Below, one piece after another: positions 19,069-29,075 of a DNA stretch of 64,000 nt (position 1 is its first letter; each line of letters opens with the position of its first letter). The stretch is from Candidatus Dormiibacterota bacterium. GTDB taxonomy: Bacteria > Chloroflexota > Dormibacteria > CF-121. The translations under genes and the position numbers were made by a program. Below the pieces are notes generated by a model. It was not told the origin of the DNA and made no database searches. It was given only the letters and a program-made list of their open reading frames with translations. Location: positions 149 through 64,148 of the forward strand of contig DATCOB010000082.1 of NCBI GenBank assembly GCA_036564925.1, in the 5' to 3' direction.

Positions 19069-20018
19069 AGGCGACGGCACTCGGTATCGAGGACATTCGC
19101 CGGGCCCAGGCGCCCGTTGCGGCGGCGGCGAACCGCACGCCGCTGTACCGCCTTAACGTCTGGGATCTGCCCGCCGAGATCTTCCTCAAGCTCGAGAACC
19201 TGCAGCCGATCGGGTCGTTCAAAATTCGCGGGGCCGCCAACGCCATGAGCCTGATGTCCGAGGCGGAGCTGGCCAGGGGTGTGCTGGTCGCGAGCGCTGG
19301 AAACATGGCCCAGGGAGCCGCCTGGAACGCCCGGCGCCTTGGCATCCCCTGCACCGTCATCGCGCCCGACTATGCGCCGCAAACCAAGCTCCAGGCGATC
19401 GAGCGGCTCGGCGGGCGGGTGATCAAGGTCTCCTTCGACCGCTGGTGGCAGACCTTCACCGACCGGAGCTACCCGGGGGTCGACGCCGCGTTCGTCCATT
19501 CGTTTGACGACGAGCGCGTGATTGCCGGCAACGGCACCATCGGATTGGAGCTCTTCGCGGACCTCCCCGACGTTGATACGGTGCTCATTCCCTGGGGAGG
19601 CGGCGGGCTCGCCTGCGGCATTGCGACGGCGCTTCGGGCCCTGAACCCGGCGATCCGGATCTATGCGGTCGAAGCGGACACCGGCGCCCCGCTCGCGGCC
19701 TCGCTGAAGGCCGGAGCCGTCCAGACCGTCGACTACCAACCGTCGTTTGTGGACGGCATCGGCAGCAAAACGCTCTTTCCTGACATGTTCGCCATGGCGC
19801 AGGAGCTGCTCGATGGATCCCTGACGGCGAGCCTGGCCGAGATCGCCGCGGCGGTTCGGCTGCTTGCCGAACGCAATCGGGTCATCGCCGAAGGCGCCGG
19901 CGCCGTCGCGGTGGCGGTGGCGGTGTCCGGACGGGCTGGGCTGGGCAGGATCGCCTGCATCGTTTCGGGCGGGAATATCGACTCGGGAACCCTCACCAAG
20001 ATCCTGAGCGAGGGCTGA
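19065..20018 (+). CDS. Threonine/serine dehydratase family PLP enzyme
   Basis: LKLENLQPIGSFKIRGA, SAGN, GGGGL and SGGNID motifs. Confidence 0.9.
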   Translation: MKATALGIEDIRRAQAPVAAAANRTPLYRLNVWDLPAEIFLKLENLQPIGSFKIRGAANAMSLMSEAELARGVLVASAGNMAQGAAWNARRLGIPCTVIAPDYAPQTKLQAIERLGGRVIKVSFDRWWQTFTDRSYPGVDAAFVHSFDDERVIAGNGTIGLELFADLPDVDTVLIPWGGGGLACGIATALRALNPAIRIYAVEADTGAPLAASLKAGAVQTVDYQPSFVDGIGSKTLFPDMFAMAQELLDGSLTASLAEIAAAVRLLAERNRVIAEGAGAVAVAVAVSGRAGLGRIACIVSGGNIDSGTLTKILSEG

Positions 20019-20019
20019 C

Positions 20020-20799
20020 GTGGCCGACCTCAACGGACGGGTTGCGCTCGTGACAGGTGGCGGTCGGGGAATCGGCCGGGCTACGGCGATGGCGCTCGCC
20101 GCCGCGGGAGCGGACGTCGCCGTGGCGGCGCGATCGAAAGGTGAGCTAGAAGAAACCGTAGCAGCCGTGCGCGGAAGCGGCCGGCGCGCGGAAGCCTTTG
20201 TCTGCGACGTGACGCAGCGGGCGCAGGTCGATGCGACGGTCGCCGCGGTTCGGGAGGCGCTCGGCGACCCCCTCATCCTGGTCAACAACGCCGGCATCGC
20301 GGCCGGAGCCAAACTGGCCGACACGACCGATGAGCTGTGGGACCGGATCCTGCGCGTCAACGCCACGGGGGCCTTCTACTGCACCCGGGCGGTGATGCCG
20401 CTGATGCTGCAGGCCGGATGGGGACGCGTCATCAACATGGCATCGGTGGCCGCTCGGGCGGCCGCCGCGTACATCGTCGCTTACGCCGCATCGAAGCACG
20501 CGCTCCTGGGTTTGACCAGGGCGGTTGCCGCCGAAGTTGCGACGCGTGGCGTCACCGTCAACGCGATCTGCCCCGGTTACGTGGACACCGAGATGACGGA
20601 ACAATCGATCCGCAATATCAACGCTCGGACGGGACGCTCCCCGGAACAAGCCCGGACCGTTCTGGAAGGCTTCAGCCCCCAGGGCCGCTTGATGACCGCG
20701 GATGAGGTCGCCGGTCTGGCCGCCTTCCTGTGTTCGGACGCGGCGCGTGGCATCACCGGCCAGGGGATCGTCCTCGACGGCGGGGCGGTACAGGCATGA
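20020..20799 (+). CDS. Short-chain dehydrogenase/reductase
   Basis: TGGGRGIG, NNAG, YAASK and PGYVDT motifs. Confidence 0.93.
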   Translation: MADLNGRVALVTGGGRGIGRATAMALAAAGADVAVAARSKGELEETVAAVRGSGRRAEAFVCDVTQRAQVDATVAAVREALGDPLILVNNAGIAAGAKLADTTDELWDRILRVNATGAFYCTRAVMPLMLQAGWGRVINMASVAARAAAAYIVAYAASKHALLGLTRAVAAEVATRGVTVNAICPGYVDTEMTEQSIRNINARTGRSPEQARTVLEGFSPQGRLMTADEVAGLAAFLCSDAARGITGQGIVLDGGAVQA

Positions 20800-21917
20800 C
20801 CGAGAGCGTATCGCTGGCGGCCGAGGCATTGTCCGTTGCGACGCGCCTTGCCGCGGTGGCTCGTTCCGGCGAGGAGGGCCGGGTAAATCGACCCCTGATC
20901 AAGGCGCTTGGCGACGCGGGGCTGCTGCCCCGGCTGTTCCCTCGGCGGGGCGGCGGGAGCCGGGATCGCGACGTGTTCGCGGTGGATCTGTGCACCGTTC
21001 GCGAGGCGCTTGCCAACCAGTCAACGCAAGTCGAGAACGCGGTCGCGATTCAGGCGCTGGGTGCCTATCCGATCGTCCTGTCGGGCGCCGACGAGGCGGT
21101 GAGCCGCTGGGTCACACCCGTTGCCCGCGGCGACGCGGTCGCCGCTTTCGCGATGACCGAACCAGGCGCCGGATCAGACGCCGGAAGTCTCGACCTGCGG
21201 GCGGAACGTGATGGCTGGGGCTTTCGCCTCTCCGGCACCAAGGTCTACATCTCGAACGCGCCCGACGCCGATGTCTACACGCTGTTCGCCCGGACGACCC
21301 CCGCCGCCGGTGCGAAGGGCATCACCGCCTTCATTGTCAACGGCGATGCCGCCGGGCTCACGGGCACCGTCCTGCATCTCCTGTCAGCGCACCCGATCGG
21401 GCGACTGGAGCTGGATGGCGTCTTTGTGCCCAGGGAGCAGGTGTTGAGCGAGGTCGACCAGGGGTTCAAGCTGGCGATGCGCACGCTCGACCTCTTTCGT
21501 CCCAGCGTCGGCGCATCAGTGGTTGGGATGGCCCAGGCGGCCCTGGACGCCGCGATTCGCCATGCGGACGGGCGGCACGCCTTCGGGCGGCCGATCCGAG
21601 AGTTCCAGGCCGTCTCGCATCAACTTGCCGAGATGGCCACGCGGCTGGAGGCGGCCCGGGCCCTCGTGTACTCGGCGGCAGAGGCCTACGATCGGGGAGA
21701 CCCGCGGGTGGCGCGGCGATCAGCCATGGCCAAACTGTTCGCCACTGAGACGGCGCAGCAGGTCGTCGACGCCGCGATCCAGGTGCATGGGGCGGTGGCC
21801 CTGGAACGGGGTCACCTCCTGGAACACCTCTATCGGGAGGTGCGCGCCCCCCGGATCTACGAAGGGACCTCCGAGATCCAGCGGGAAATCATCGCCCGGG
21901 ACCTCTACCGGCCCTAG
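20796..21917 (+). CDS. Acyl-CoA dehydrogenase
   Basis: FAMTEPGAGSD, GTKVYISN, FGRPIREFQ, QVHG and IYEGTSEIQR motifs. Confidence 0.93.
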   Translation: MTESVSLAAEALSVATRLAAVARSGEEGRVNRPLIKALGDAGLLPRLFPRRGGGSRDRDVFAVDLCTVREALANQSTQVENAVAIQALGAYPIVLSGADEAVSRWVTPVARGDAVAAFAMTEPGAGSDAGSLDLRAERDGWGFRLSGTKVYISNAPDADVYTLFARTTPAAGAKGITAFIVNGDAAGLTGTVLHLLSAHPIGRLELDGVFVPREQVLSEVDQGFKLAMRTLDLFRPSVGASVVGMAQAALDAAIRHADGRHAFGRPIREFQAVSHQLAEMATRLEAARALVYSAAEAYDRGDPRVARRSAMAKLFATETAQQVVDAAIQVHGAVALERGHLLEHLYREVRAPRIYEGTSEIQREIIARDLYRP

Positions 21918-21923
21918 CGTCGG

Positions 21924-22340
21924 TCACGCCATCACGGCGACGCCCATCAATTCAACACGAGCGTCCTCGTCGAAGAGGCGGCGCACCTCCAGCAGCGCCA
22001 TCGCCGGGTAATGCCGGCCGAAGTGCCGCTGGTAGACGCGACCGATTTCTTTTTGCGCATCCCGATACTCGTCGAGGTCGGTAACGAAGATCTGCATGCT
22101 GACCAGGTCCTGCGGATGGGCCCCGGCCGCTTCAAGGGCCTTGACGACATTGGCGGCGGCCTGGTCGAATTGCTCCACGATGCTGCCGCCTCTCAGCGTG
22201 CCATCGGCCATGAGCGCGGTCTGGCCGGCGAGGTAGACTGTGCGGCCGAGCTGGGCAACGACCGCGTGCGAGAACCCGGATGGCTTGGCCAGCGACTCGG
22301 CATTGACGAGCCGGTGCGGACTCTCTACCGGCCTGTCCAC
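21924..22340 (-). CDS. RidA/YjgF family imine deaminase
   Basis: GFSHAV, VYLAGQ, HYPAMALLEV and VELMG motifs; the GTG start is inferred. Confidence 0.88.
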   Translation of the reverse strand: MDRPVESPHRLVNAESLAKPSGFSHAVVAQLGRTVYLAGQTALMADGTLRGGSIVEQFDQAAANVVKALEAAGAHPQDLVSMQIFVTDLDEYRDAQKEIGRVYQRHFGRHYPAMALLEVRRLFDEDARVELMGVAVMA

Positions 22341-23152
22341 TTCGGGTCCCGACCTTCCCGGAAGGCCGCATAGAACTCCGCGTGATCGGCGCTCTTCATC
22401 AGGAGCGCCTGCGTCATCGTGTCGAGGTCGAGTGCCGCATTGAGGTTCATATCCATCTCCCTGGCGATCAGTACTTTGGTCGCGGCGTAGGCAAGTGCCG
22501 GCCCCTGGGCAAACCGCCGGGCCAGCTCCATCGCCCGGTTGCTCAGGGCGGCCTCGTCGACCACCTCCGTGGCCAGCCCGATCGCCAGCGCGCGCTCGGC
22601 GTCGACCCGGTCCCCGAGCAGGAGCAGTTCCGTGGCGCGGCCCAGGCCGATCAGTCGCGGCAGCAGGTACGCCGATCCCATGTCGCCACCACAAAGGCCC
22701 ACCTTCGTGAAGAGGAACGCAAAAGATGCGGAGCGCGCGAGGATGCGTAGGTCGGCGGCCAGGGCAATCACCGCGCCGGCGCCGGCGGCGATGCCATTGA
22801 CGGCGGCAATGATGGGGAAGGGGGCTTCCCGCATTCGCTGGGTCACGGTGCCCGTCATCCGGGTGAAGGCCAGCAGATCTCGCGGATCCATCCGCTGCAA
22901 CTCGCCGATGATGGCGTTCACGTCGCCACCGGAGCTGAACCCGCGCCCGGTGCCCGTCAGAACGAGGACGCGCACGTCGTCCCGCTGGCCCATCTCGGTG
23001 AGCACATCGCGCAGGTCCGCGTACACCTCGAAGGTCAGCGCGTTCAGTTTGTCCGGCCGGCTGAAGGTCAGCGTGGCGAGGCCGTCCCGCGTTTCCAGGG
23101 CGAAGTGCTTCCAGGATTGGGTCGGCGTGGCCGAACCGCGGAACGGGTGCAT
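22325..23152 (-). CDS. Enoyl-CoA hydratase/isomerase family protein
   Basis: RPDKLNAL, FSSGGD, AAVNGIAAGAG, DLRI and GDMG motifs, of the type found in anthranilate-CoA clusters. Confidence 0.9.
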   Translation of the reverse strand: MHPFRGSATPTQSWKHFALETRDGLATLTFSRPDKLNALTFEVYADLRDVLTEMGQRDDVRVLVLTGTGRGFSSGGDVNAIIGELQRMDPRDLLAFTRMTGTVTQRMREAPFPIIAAVNGIAAGAGAVIALAADLRILARSASFAFLFTKVGLCGGDMGSAYLLPRLIGLGRATELLLLGDRVDAERALAIGLATEVVDEAALSNRAMELARRFAQGPALAYAATKVLIAREMDMNLNAALDLDTMTQALLMKSADHAEFYAAFREGRDPKWTGR

Positions 23153-23195
23153 CCGCAAAAACTTATCATCTCCTCCGAAGGGAGGGGACGTCCGC

Positions 23196-24035
23196 ATGAA
23201 CATCGGAGTCGGTTTGCCGACCTCAACCCCTGGCACGAGCGGGGATCTGCTCCTCGAATGGGCGCGTCGGGCCGACCACGGACCGTTCTCGACCCTGGGG
23301 GTCGTCGACCGCCTCGCCTACCAGAATTACGAGCCCATGACGGCCCTCGCGGCCGCCGCAGCGGTGACCCATCGCGTCCTGCTGGCCACCATGATCGTGA
23401 TCGCGCCGCTGCGAAACACCGCGCTCCTCGCCAAACAGGCGGCGACGATCGACGCGTTGTCGCGGCAGCGGTTGACCCTGGGCCTCGCGGTTGGCGCTCG
23501 CGGTGAGGACTATGAAGCCGCCGGCGTGGACGCGCGGGCGCGCGGGCGCCGCTTTTCCGAGCAGTTGGAGCAGATGCGGGAGACCTGGGAGCAGGGCCGC
23601 GTCGGGCCCACCCCGCCAGGCCGGGGGCCTCGGATCCTGGTGGGCGGGTCGAGCGGCGAGGCGCTGGCGCGGATGGCGCGCTATGGGGATGGCTACATGC
23701 ACGGCGGCGGCCCGCCGCGCGCGTTTGCCAGTGGGGCGGCCAAGGCCCAGGCCGCCTGGGTTGACCTCGGTCGCCCCGGTAAGCCCACTCTCTGGGGGAT
23801 GGCCTATTTCGCCCTGGGCGGAGCGGAGGTCGAGACGGGGGCGGATTATCTTCGCCATTACTACGCGTTCACCGGCCCGTTCGCGGACAAGATCGCGGCG
23901 GGAAACTTGACCTCGCCGGGCACGATCGTCGACACGATCCGCGGCTATGAAGACGCCGGCTGCGACGAACTCGTCCTTTTTCCCACGGTCTCGGCCATCG
24001 AGCAGATCGATCGCCTCGCCGAGGTGGTTCGCTAG
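23196..24035 (+). CDS. LLM-class flavin/F420-dependent oxidoreductase
   Basis: DRLAY, LAKQAATIDALS, LGLAVG and DELVL motifs. Confidence 0.88.
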   Translation: MNIGVGLPTSTPGTSGDLLLEWARRADHGPFSTLGVVDRLAYQNYEPMTALAAAAAVTHRVLLATMIVIAPLRNTALLAKQAATIDALSRQRLTLGLAVGARGEDYEAAGVDARARGRRFSEQLEQMRETWEQGRVGPTPPGRGPRILVGGSSGEALARMARYGDGYMHGGGPPRAFASGAAKAQAAWVDLGRPGKPTLWGMAYFALGGAEVETGADYLRHYYAFTGPFADKIAAGNLTSPGTIVDTIRGYEDAGCDELVLFPTVSAIEQIDRLAEVVR

Positions 24036-24040
24036 CCCCG

Positions 24041-26101
24041 GTGAAGTACGCCGTCCTCGGCGGCGGCCCCGCCGGCCTCTACTTCGCGTTGCTGGCAAAG
24101 AAGGCCGATCCGGAGGTGGAGGTCCGCGTGGTCGAACGTAACCCGCCGGATGCCACCTTCGGTTGGGGCGTCGTGTTCTCCGAGGAAACGCTCGGCGCCC
24201 TGCGCGACGCGGACTACGAGACCTACGTCCAGATCGGTGAGAGCTTTGCTCGCTGGAATGCGATCGATATTTTCTATCGCGATACCCTCGTCCGCTCTCG
24301 CGGTCATTCGTTCACCGGGATCTCCCGCAAGGTGCTGCTGGGCATCCTGCAGCGCCGCTGCCTCGCACTCGGCGTGCACATCGATTTCGGTCGGGAGATC
24401 CACGACCTCGCCGAGATGGGTGATGCCGACCTCGTCGTCGGCGCCGACGGGCTCAACGGCCTGACCCGACGAAGCCAGGAAGCGACCTTCCGCCCGCACC
24501 TGATGGTCCATCCGACCAAGTACGTGTGGTTCGGCAGCGACATGGCCCTGGACGCGTTTACCTTCATCTTCCGCCGTAATGCGCACGGCCTCTTCCAGGT
24601 GCACGCCTATCCGTTTGATGCTCACACCAGCACGTTCATCGTCGAATGTCCGGAGGAGGCCTGGCGGAACGCGGGGCTCGATCGGGCCACCGAAGCCGAC
24701 AGCATCGCCTATTGCGAGCAGCTCTTTGCACCCGAACTGCGAGGCCATCGCCTCCTCTCCAATCGTTCGCTCTGGCTGAACTTCTCGACGCTGCGGAGCG
24801 AATCCTGGCATCAGGGCAACGTGGTCCTGCTCGGTGATGCGGCGCACACCGCGCATTTCTCAATCGGCTCCGGCACGAAGCTCGCCATGGAAGACAGCAT
24901 TGCGCTGATGGATGCGCTCCGCCGGCACCCCGATCTGAAGTCCGCCCTGACCGATTACGAGATGGAGCGCCAGCCCGTGGTCGAGCGCTTCCAGGAAGCT
25001 GCGCTGGAAAGCGCCACCTACTTCGAGCATGTGGCTCGGTACGAAGGATTTCAGCCGACCCAGTTCGCCTTCAACCTGTTGACGCGAAGCCGCCGCATTA
25101 CGTACGTCAACCTGACACAGCGCGACCCCATGTTGGTGCGCTCCGTTGACGCGCATTTCGCGGCGGTCGCCGGCGGTGTGCCGGATGGCCCCTTGCGGAT
25201 CAGCCCCCCACCGATGTTCGCGGGCTTCACAGTGGGCGGCCTGCGCCTCTCCAACCGGACAGCCGGGCTGGTCACCGGCGCCGGCCTCTATCTCAGCGAG
25301 TTCACCGCCGTCTCGCATGACGGCCGCGTCACGCCAGAGACCAGTGGGATCGATAGCGATGAGGGAATCGGTGCCATTCGGTCGGCCGTGGCCCGCGTCC
25401 ACAGCGAGCCCGGCGCGCGCTTCGCGCTACAGCTTGGCCATGCCGGCCGCCGCGGCGCCATGCGACCGCGGGCGCAGGGCGTCGACCGCCCCTTGCGATG
25501 GGGTGGCTGGCCGGTCATCTCGGCGTCGCCGATCCCCTACACGCAGCGAAGCCGAACGCCTCGGGCGATGACGGAGGACGACATGGTGCGCGTCGTCGCG
25601 GCATTCGACGCCGCGGCCGCGGCGGCATCACGCGCCCTGGTGGACGTCCTGGAATTGAACTTCGCGCAGGGCTACCTGGTGGCGAGCTTCATCTCACCGT
25701 TGACGAACGCGCGGGCCGATGAGTACGGTGGGGCTCTCGAGTGCCGACTGCGCTTTCCGCTGGCCGTGCTGGACGCCGTCCGGGCCAGGTGGAGCGGCCC
25801 GTTGATGGTACGGATCACGGCCGAAGATTGGGCGCCGGGAGGAAGCACGCTCGACGACGCCGTCGCCGTCGCACGGATCCTCAAGGCACATGGCTGTGAC
25901 GTGGTCCATCCCGTGCTGGGCCAGACGGTCAGCGAAAACCGGCCGGACTACAGCCGGCTCTTCGGCGTTCCCTCGAGTGACCGGATCCGCAACGAAGCCG
26001 GGATCCCGACGCTCGCGTCCGGCAACATCACGACGACCGACGAAGTCAACACCGTCCTGGCGGCCGGTCGCGCCGACCTGTGCGTCCTCGAGGCGCGATG
26101 A
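24041..26101 (+). CDS. abmA: Anthraniloyl-CoA/salicylyl-CoA monooxygenase-reductase-like flavoprotein with a degenerate OYE domain
   Basis: GGGPAGLY, TFGWGVVFS and GDAAHTAHFSIGSGTKLAMED in the monooxygenase half; C-terminal OYE-like barrel. Confidence 0.85.
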   Translation: MKYAVLGGGPAGLYFALLAKKADPEVEVRVVERNPPDATFGWGVVFSEETLGALRDADYETYVQIGESFARWNAIDIFYRDTLVRSRGHSFTGISRKVLLGILQRRCLALGVHIDFGREIHDLAEMGDADLVVGADGLNGLTRRSQEATFRPHLMVHPTKYVWFGSDMALDAFTFIFRRNAHGLFQVHAYPFDAHTSTFIVECPEEAWRNAGLDRATEADSIAYCEQLFAPELRGHRLLSNRSLWLNFSTLRSESWHQGNVVLLGDAAHTAHFSIGSGTKLAMEDSIALMDALRRHPDLKSALTDYEMERQPVVERFQEAALESATYFEHVARYEGFQPTQFAFNLLTRSRRITYVNLTQRDPMLVRSVDAHFAAVAGGVPDGPLRISPPPMFAGFTVGGLRLSNRTAGLVTGAGLYLSEFTAVSHDGRVTPETSGIDSDEGIGAIRSAVARVHSEPGARFALQLGHAGRRGAMRPRAQGVDRPLRWGGWPVISASPIPYTQRSRTPRAMTEDDMVRVVAAFDAAAAAASRALVDVLELNFAQGYLVASFISPLTNARADEYGGALECRLRFPLAVLDAVRARWSGPLMVRITAEDWAPGGSTLDDAVAVARILKAHGCDVVHPVLGQTVSENRPDYSRLFGVPSSDRIRNEAGIPTLASGNITTTDEVNTVLAAGRADLCVLEAR

Positions 26102-26105
26102 TGCG

Positions 26106-26651
26106 TCACGCTTTCGGGTGGGAGGCGAGCCAATCGGTTCGGAGGACCTCGGTCATGATCTCGTCCCGCCAGGCACCATCGCGAAACTCCTGCTCGCGCC
26201 GCTGTCCCACCTGCCGGTAGCCGGCCCTTTCCTGGGCCCGCCAACTCCCCTCGTTGCCGGCAATAAAGCTGGAGTTCAGCTTGCGCAGCGACATCTGCAT
26301 GAACGCATAGTGGGTCCGCAACGCCATGACCTCGGTGGCGACCCCCTTGCCCCAGGCGGTCTTGTCACCGATCAAGGTGCCCGTGCTGCCGCGCTGTTTC
26401 GCCCAATCGATGCGGTGGATCCCCGTGACGCCGACCAGCCGGTTGCGCAACTCGATCGCCCAGATGACGTGATCCGCCGCCTTGCCCATGGTTTCGAGCC
26501 ACTCCTTTTCGGCGTCAACGGACGGCGGAAATTGCAGCTTGAGGAAGCGCGTCACCTCCACGTCCTCGAACCAGCCGGCCATCGCCGGCGCGTCATCCAG
26601 CCGGGGCGGCCGGAGGATGACCTGCGTTCCCTTGAGAATGGGGCCGTACAT
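26106..26651 (-). CDS. RimJ/RimL-type GNAT acetyltransferase
   Basis: AWGKGVATE, N-x-GS and GYRQVG motifs. Confidence 0.88.
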   Translation of the reverse strand: MYGPILKGTQVILRPPRLDDAPAMAGWFEDVEVTRFLKLQFPPSVDAEKEWLETMGKAADHVIWAIELRNRLVGVTGIHRIDWAKQRGSTGTLIGDKTAWGKGVATEVMALRTHYAFMQMSLRKLNSSFIAGNEGSWRAQERAGYRQVGQRREQEFRDGAWRDEIMTEVLRTDWLASHPKA

Positions 26652-26854
26652 CAGGCGCCAAGGTCGTAGATCTGGCCCGGTTCGAGATCGAGCCCGTTCA
26701 CGACCTGCCACAGGGCGGCGACCGCCTTCAGGGCATTCCGGCGCTCGAAGGGGGCCAGGTCCTTGCCGTCTTTGAGGATGCGCACCAGTGTCCGGTAGCA
26801 GTCCGCAAGGGTGCGCTCGGACTCCGTCAGCTCGACTCCCATCGCGTTCTTCAT
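26651..26854 (-). CDS. 67-aa hypothetical protein
   Basis: Overlaps both neighbours at start and stop (translational coupling); helical composition. Confidence 0.75.
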   Translation of the reverse strand: MKNAMGVELTESERTLADCYRTLVRILKDGKDLAPFERRNALKAVAALWQVVNGLDLEPGQIYDLGA

Positions 26855-28215
26855 GAGGTCACCCTCCGCTCGCCCGCCGTCCCGATCACGGTGCGGTCGT
26901 CCTGGAGCCGTCTGGCCTTCAACTCGAAGCGCGGCAGGCTGCCCGCCTCGACCTGTTTGACGCCGAAGCGCAAGCCCTCGTGCGCTTCGGCAAGGGATTT
27001 CCTTAGTTCGTGGAGGATGTGATCGGTCCTGGTGCCGTCCCGATCGGCGATCTCGACCAACACCTCGATCTCGTCCTGGCGCCCGTCCGCGGTGTAGAGA
27101 TGGATGCGGAACTCGTCGATCTCCTTGAACTCGCGGACGATCGACTCCACCGCTCGTGGGTAGACGTTGGTGCCGCGCACCAGCTTCATGTCATCGACCC
27201 GGCCCCGAATTCCTCCCTCGTAGATGTCGAAGGTCCGGCCACAGGAGCAGGTGTTGGCCGGCACGCGGACGACCAGGTCGCGGGTCCGGTAGCGCAGGAC
27301 CGGGATGAAGCCGCGGCCGAAGGACGTGATCAGGCGCTCACCCAGCTCGCCATACCCGACCGGCGCGCCGGTCTCCGGATCGACGACTTCCTCGATGTAA
27401 TGATCTTCGATGATGTGGGTGCCGCCCGGCTGCTTCTCGCATTCGAAGACCATGATCGTGCCGACCTCCGTCATGCCGGCGGTGTCCGCCGCTTTGGCGC
27501 CCCACTCCTCTTCGATCAGCCGCTTCGTTGCCGGGATGGACCCGGCCGGCTCGCCGGAGAGGATGAGTCGCCGGACGGCGCTCCCTGCCAGGTCGACCCC
27601 CATGGTGCGTGCTTCCTGGGCCATGCGGAGTGCATAGGTCGGCGTCGAGCAGACGACCGTCGCCTTCATAGAGATGATCTGTTTCACGCGGGCCTCCGTC
27701 GTCATGTTCCCGCCGGGCAGGACGAGGCAGCCGATCTTTTCTGAGGCGTAGTGCGCGCCCCAGAACCCAACGAAGGTCCCGTAGCTGAAGGCAAAGAAGA
27801 CGGTGTCCGCCGGGCGGACGCCGAATCCCCAGAAGCCATAGCACCACATCTCGGTGATCCACTCCCAGTCCTTCATGCTGTCCAGGACCTGGAGCGGGAT
27901 GCGGCCGGTGGTGCCCGACGTCAGGTGATAGCGGATGGCGACGTCCTCGGGCGCTGCCAGCAGCGGGCCGTAGGGGGGCTGCTCGAGCTGCGCCTGCATC
28001 CAGTCGTCACGCGTCAACATCGGGATCCGGCGCAGGTCTTTGAGGGTCTGAATGGAGTCAGCGGTCACGCCGGCCGCCTTGAGCCGCTTCGCCTGCCAGG
28101 GAACCCGCGTCTCCGCCCAGGCCACCAGGGTTTTCAACTTGCGGACCTGGAGTGCCTCGATCTGATCCCGCGGCATCGTCTCGTGCCGCGGGTTCCAGTA
28201 CGGTGATTCCTTCAC
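26851..28215 (-). CDS. Phenylacetate-CoA ligase family aryl-CoA ligase
   Basis: TSGTTG, GEP, GMTEVG, RYRTRD and GRVDDM motifs; AAAGGAGG RBS before GTG 28215. Confidence 0.9.
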   Translation of the reverse strand: MKESPYWNPRHETMPRDQIEALQVRKLKTLVAWAETRVPWQAKRLKAAGVTADSIQTLKDLRRIPMLTRDDWMQAQLEQPPYGPLLAAPEDVAIRYHLTSGTTGRIPLQVLDSMKDWEWITEMWCYGFWGFGVRPADTVFFAFSYGTFVGFWGAHYASEKIGCLVLPGGNMTTEARVKQIISMKATVVCSTPTYALRMAQEARTMGVDLAGSAVRRLILSGEPAGSIPATKRLIEEEWGAKAADTAGMTEVGTIMVFECEKQPGGTHIIEDHYIEEVVDPETGAPVGYGELGERLITSFGRGFIPVLRYRTRDLVVRVPANTCSCGRTFDIYEGGIRGRVDDMKLVRGTNVYPRAVESIVREFKEIDEFRIHLYTADGRQDEIEVLVEIADRDGTRTDHILHELRKSLAEAHEGLRFGVKQVEAGSLPRFELKARRLQDDRTVIGTAGERRVTS

Positions 28216-28277
28216 GCTCCCCTCCTTTCGTCGTTGTTCTACTTCTAGCACTTTGTTGAACTAAGCTGTTCTACGAC

Positions 28278-29075
28278 TTGGCTGCCGTCGAAAGACCAGA
28301 GCAGGGTGATGGCACGCCGTACCGCCTTGGTGGGATGGGGTACCAGGACGAGTCCGGTCGGCGCCTCAACTACGGCAGCTATCTTCACATCCCCGAGTTG
28401 CTGTCCCTGCAGGCGGGACTGACGGACGCCCATGACGAACTCCTGTTCATCATCGCCCACCAGGCCTACGAGCTGTGGTTCAAGGAGCTCATCCACGAGT
28501 TGGAGGCGGTGCGCTCCGCCATCGATCGGGATGACCTCGTCCGGGCGCGCCATTACCTGCAGCGGGTCAAGGTCGTCGAGGCCCTCCTCGTGGAGCAGGT
28601 CGGCGTGCTGGAAACGATGGCTCCCCACGACTTCCTCGCCTTTCGATCGGAGCTCGCCCCGGCGAGTGGGTTCCAGTCGACCCAGTTTCGTGAGATCGAG
28701 TTCCTATCCGGCCTCAAAGACGCCGGCTACCTCAAGACGGTGCAGAGCCTGCCGGACGATCACGCCCGGCTCCAGCGGCGGCAGGGGGAGCCGTCGCTGC
28801 GGGATGCGTATCACGCCCTGCTGGCGCGGCGGGGCCTGGCCGTCATCGACATCTACCGCGACGCGCCCACCCACGCCGACCTCTACGGCCTGTCGGAGGG
28901 GCTCCTGGATCATGACGAGGGATTCAGCCTCTGGCGTTCGCGGCATGTGCACATGGTCGAGCGGCAGATCGGTGACAAACCGGGGACCGGTGGGTCAACG
29001 GGCGTACGCTACCTGCAGTCGACGCTCGGCAAGCGATTCTTTCCGGAACTCTGGCAAGTCAGATCCCAGCTCTGA
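28278..29075 (+). CDS. kynA: Tryptophan 2,3-dioxygenase
   Basis: YGSYL, HDELLFIIAHQAYELWFK, ASGFQSTQFR, VERQIG and GTGGSTG motifs. Confidence 0.95.
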   Translation: MAAVERPEQGDGTPYRLGGMGYQDESGRRLNYGSYLHIPELLSLQAGLTDAHDELLFIIAHQAYELWFKELIHELEAVRSAIDRDDLVRARHYLQRVKVVEALLVEQVGVLETMAPHDFLAFRSELAPASGFQSTQFREIEFLSGLKDAGYLKTVQSLPDDHARLQRRQGEPSLRDAYHALLARRGLAVIDIYRDAPTHADLYGLSEGLLDHDEGFSLWRSRHVHMVERQIGDKPGTGGSTGVRYLQSTLGKRFFPELWQVRSQL

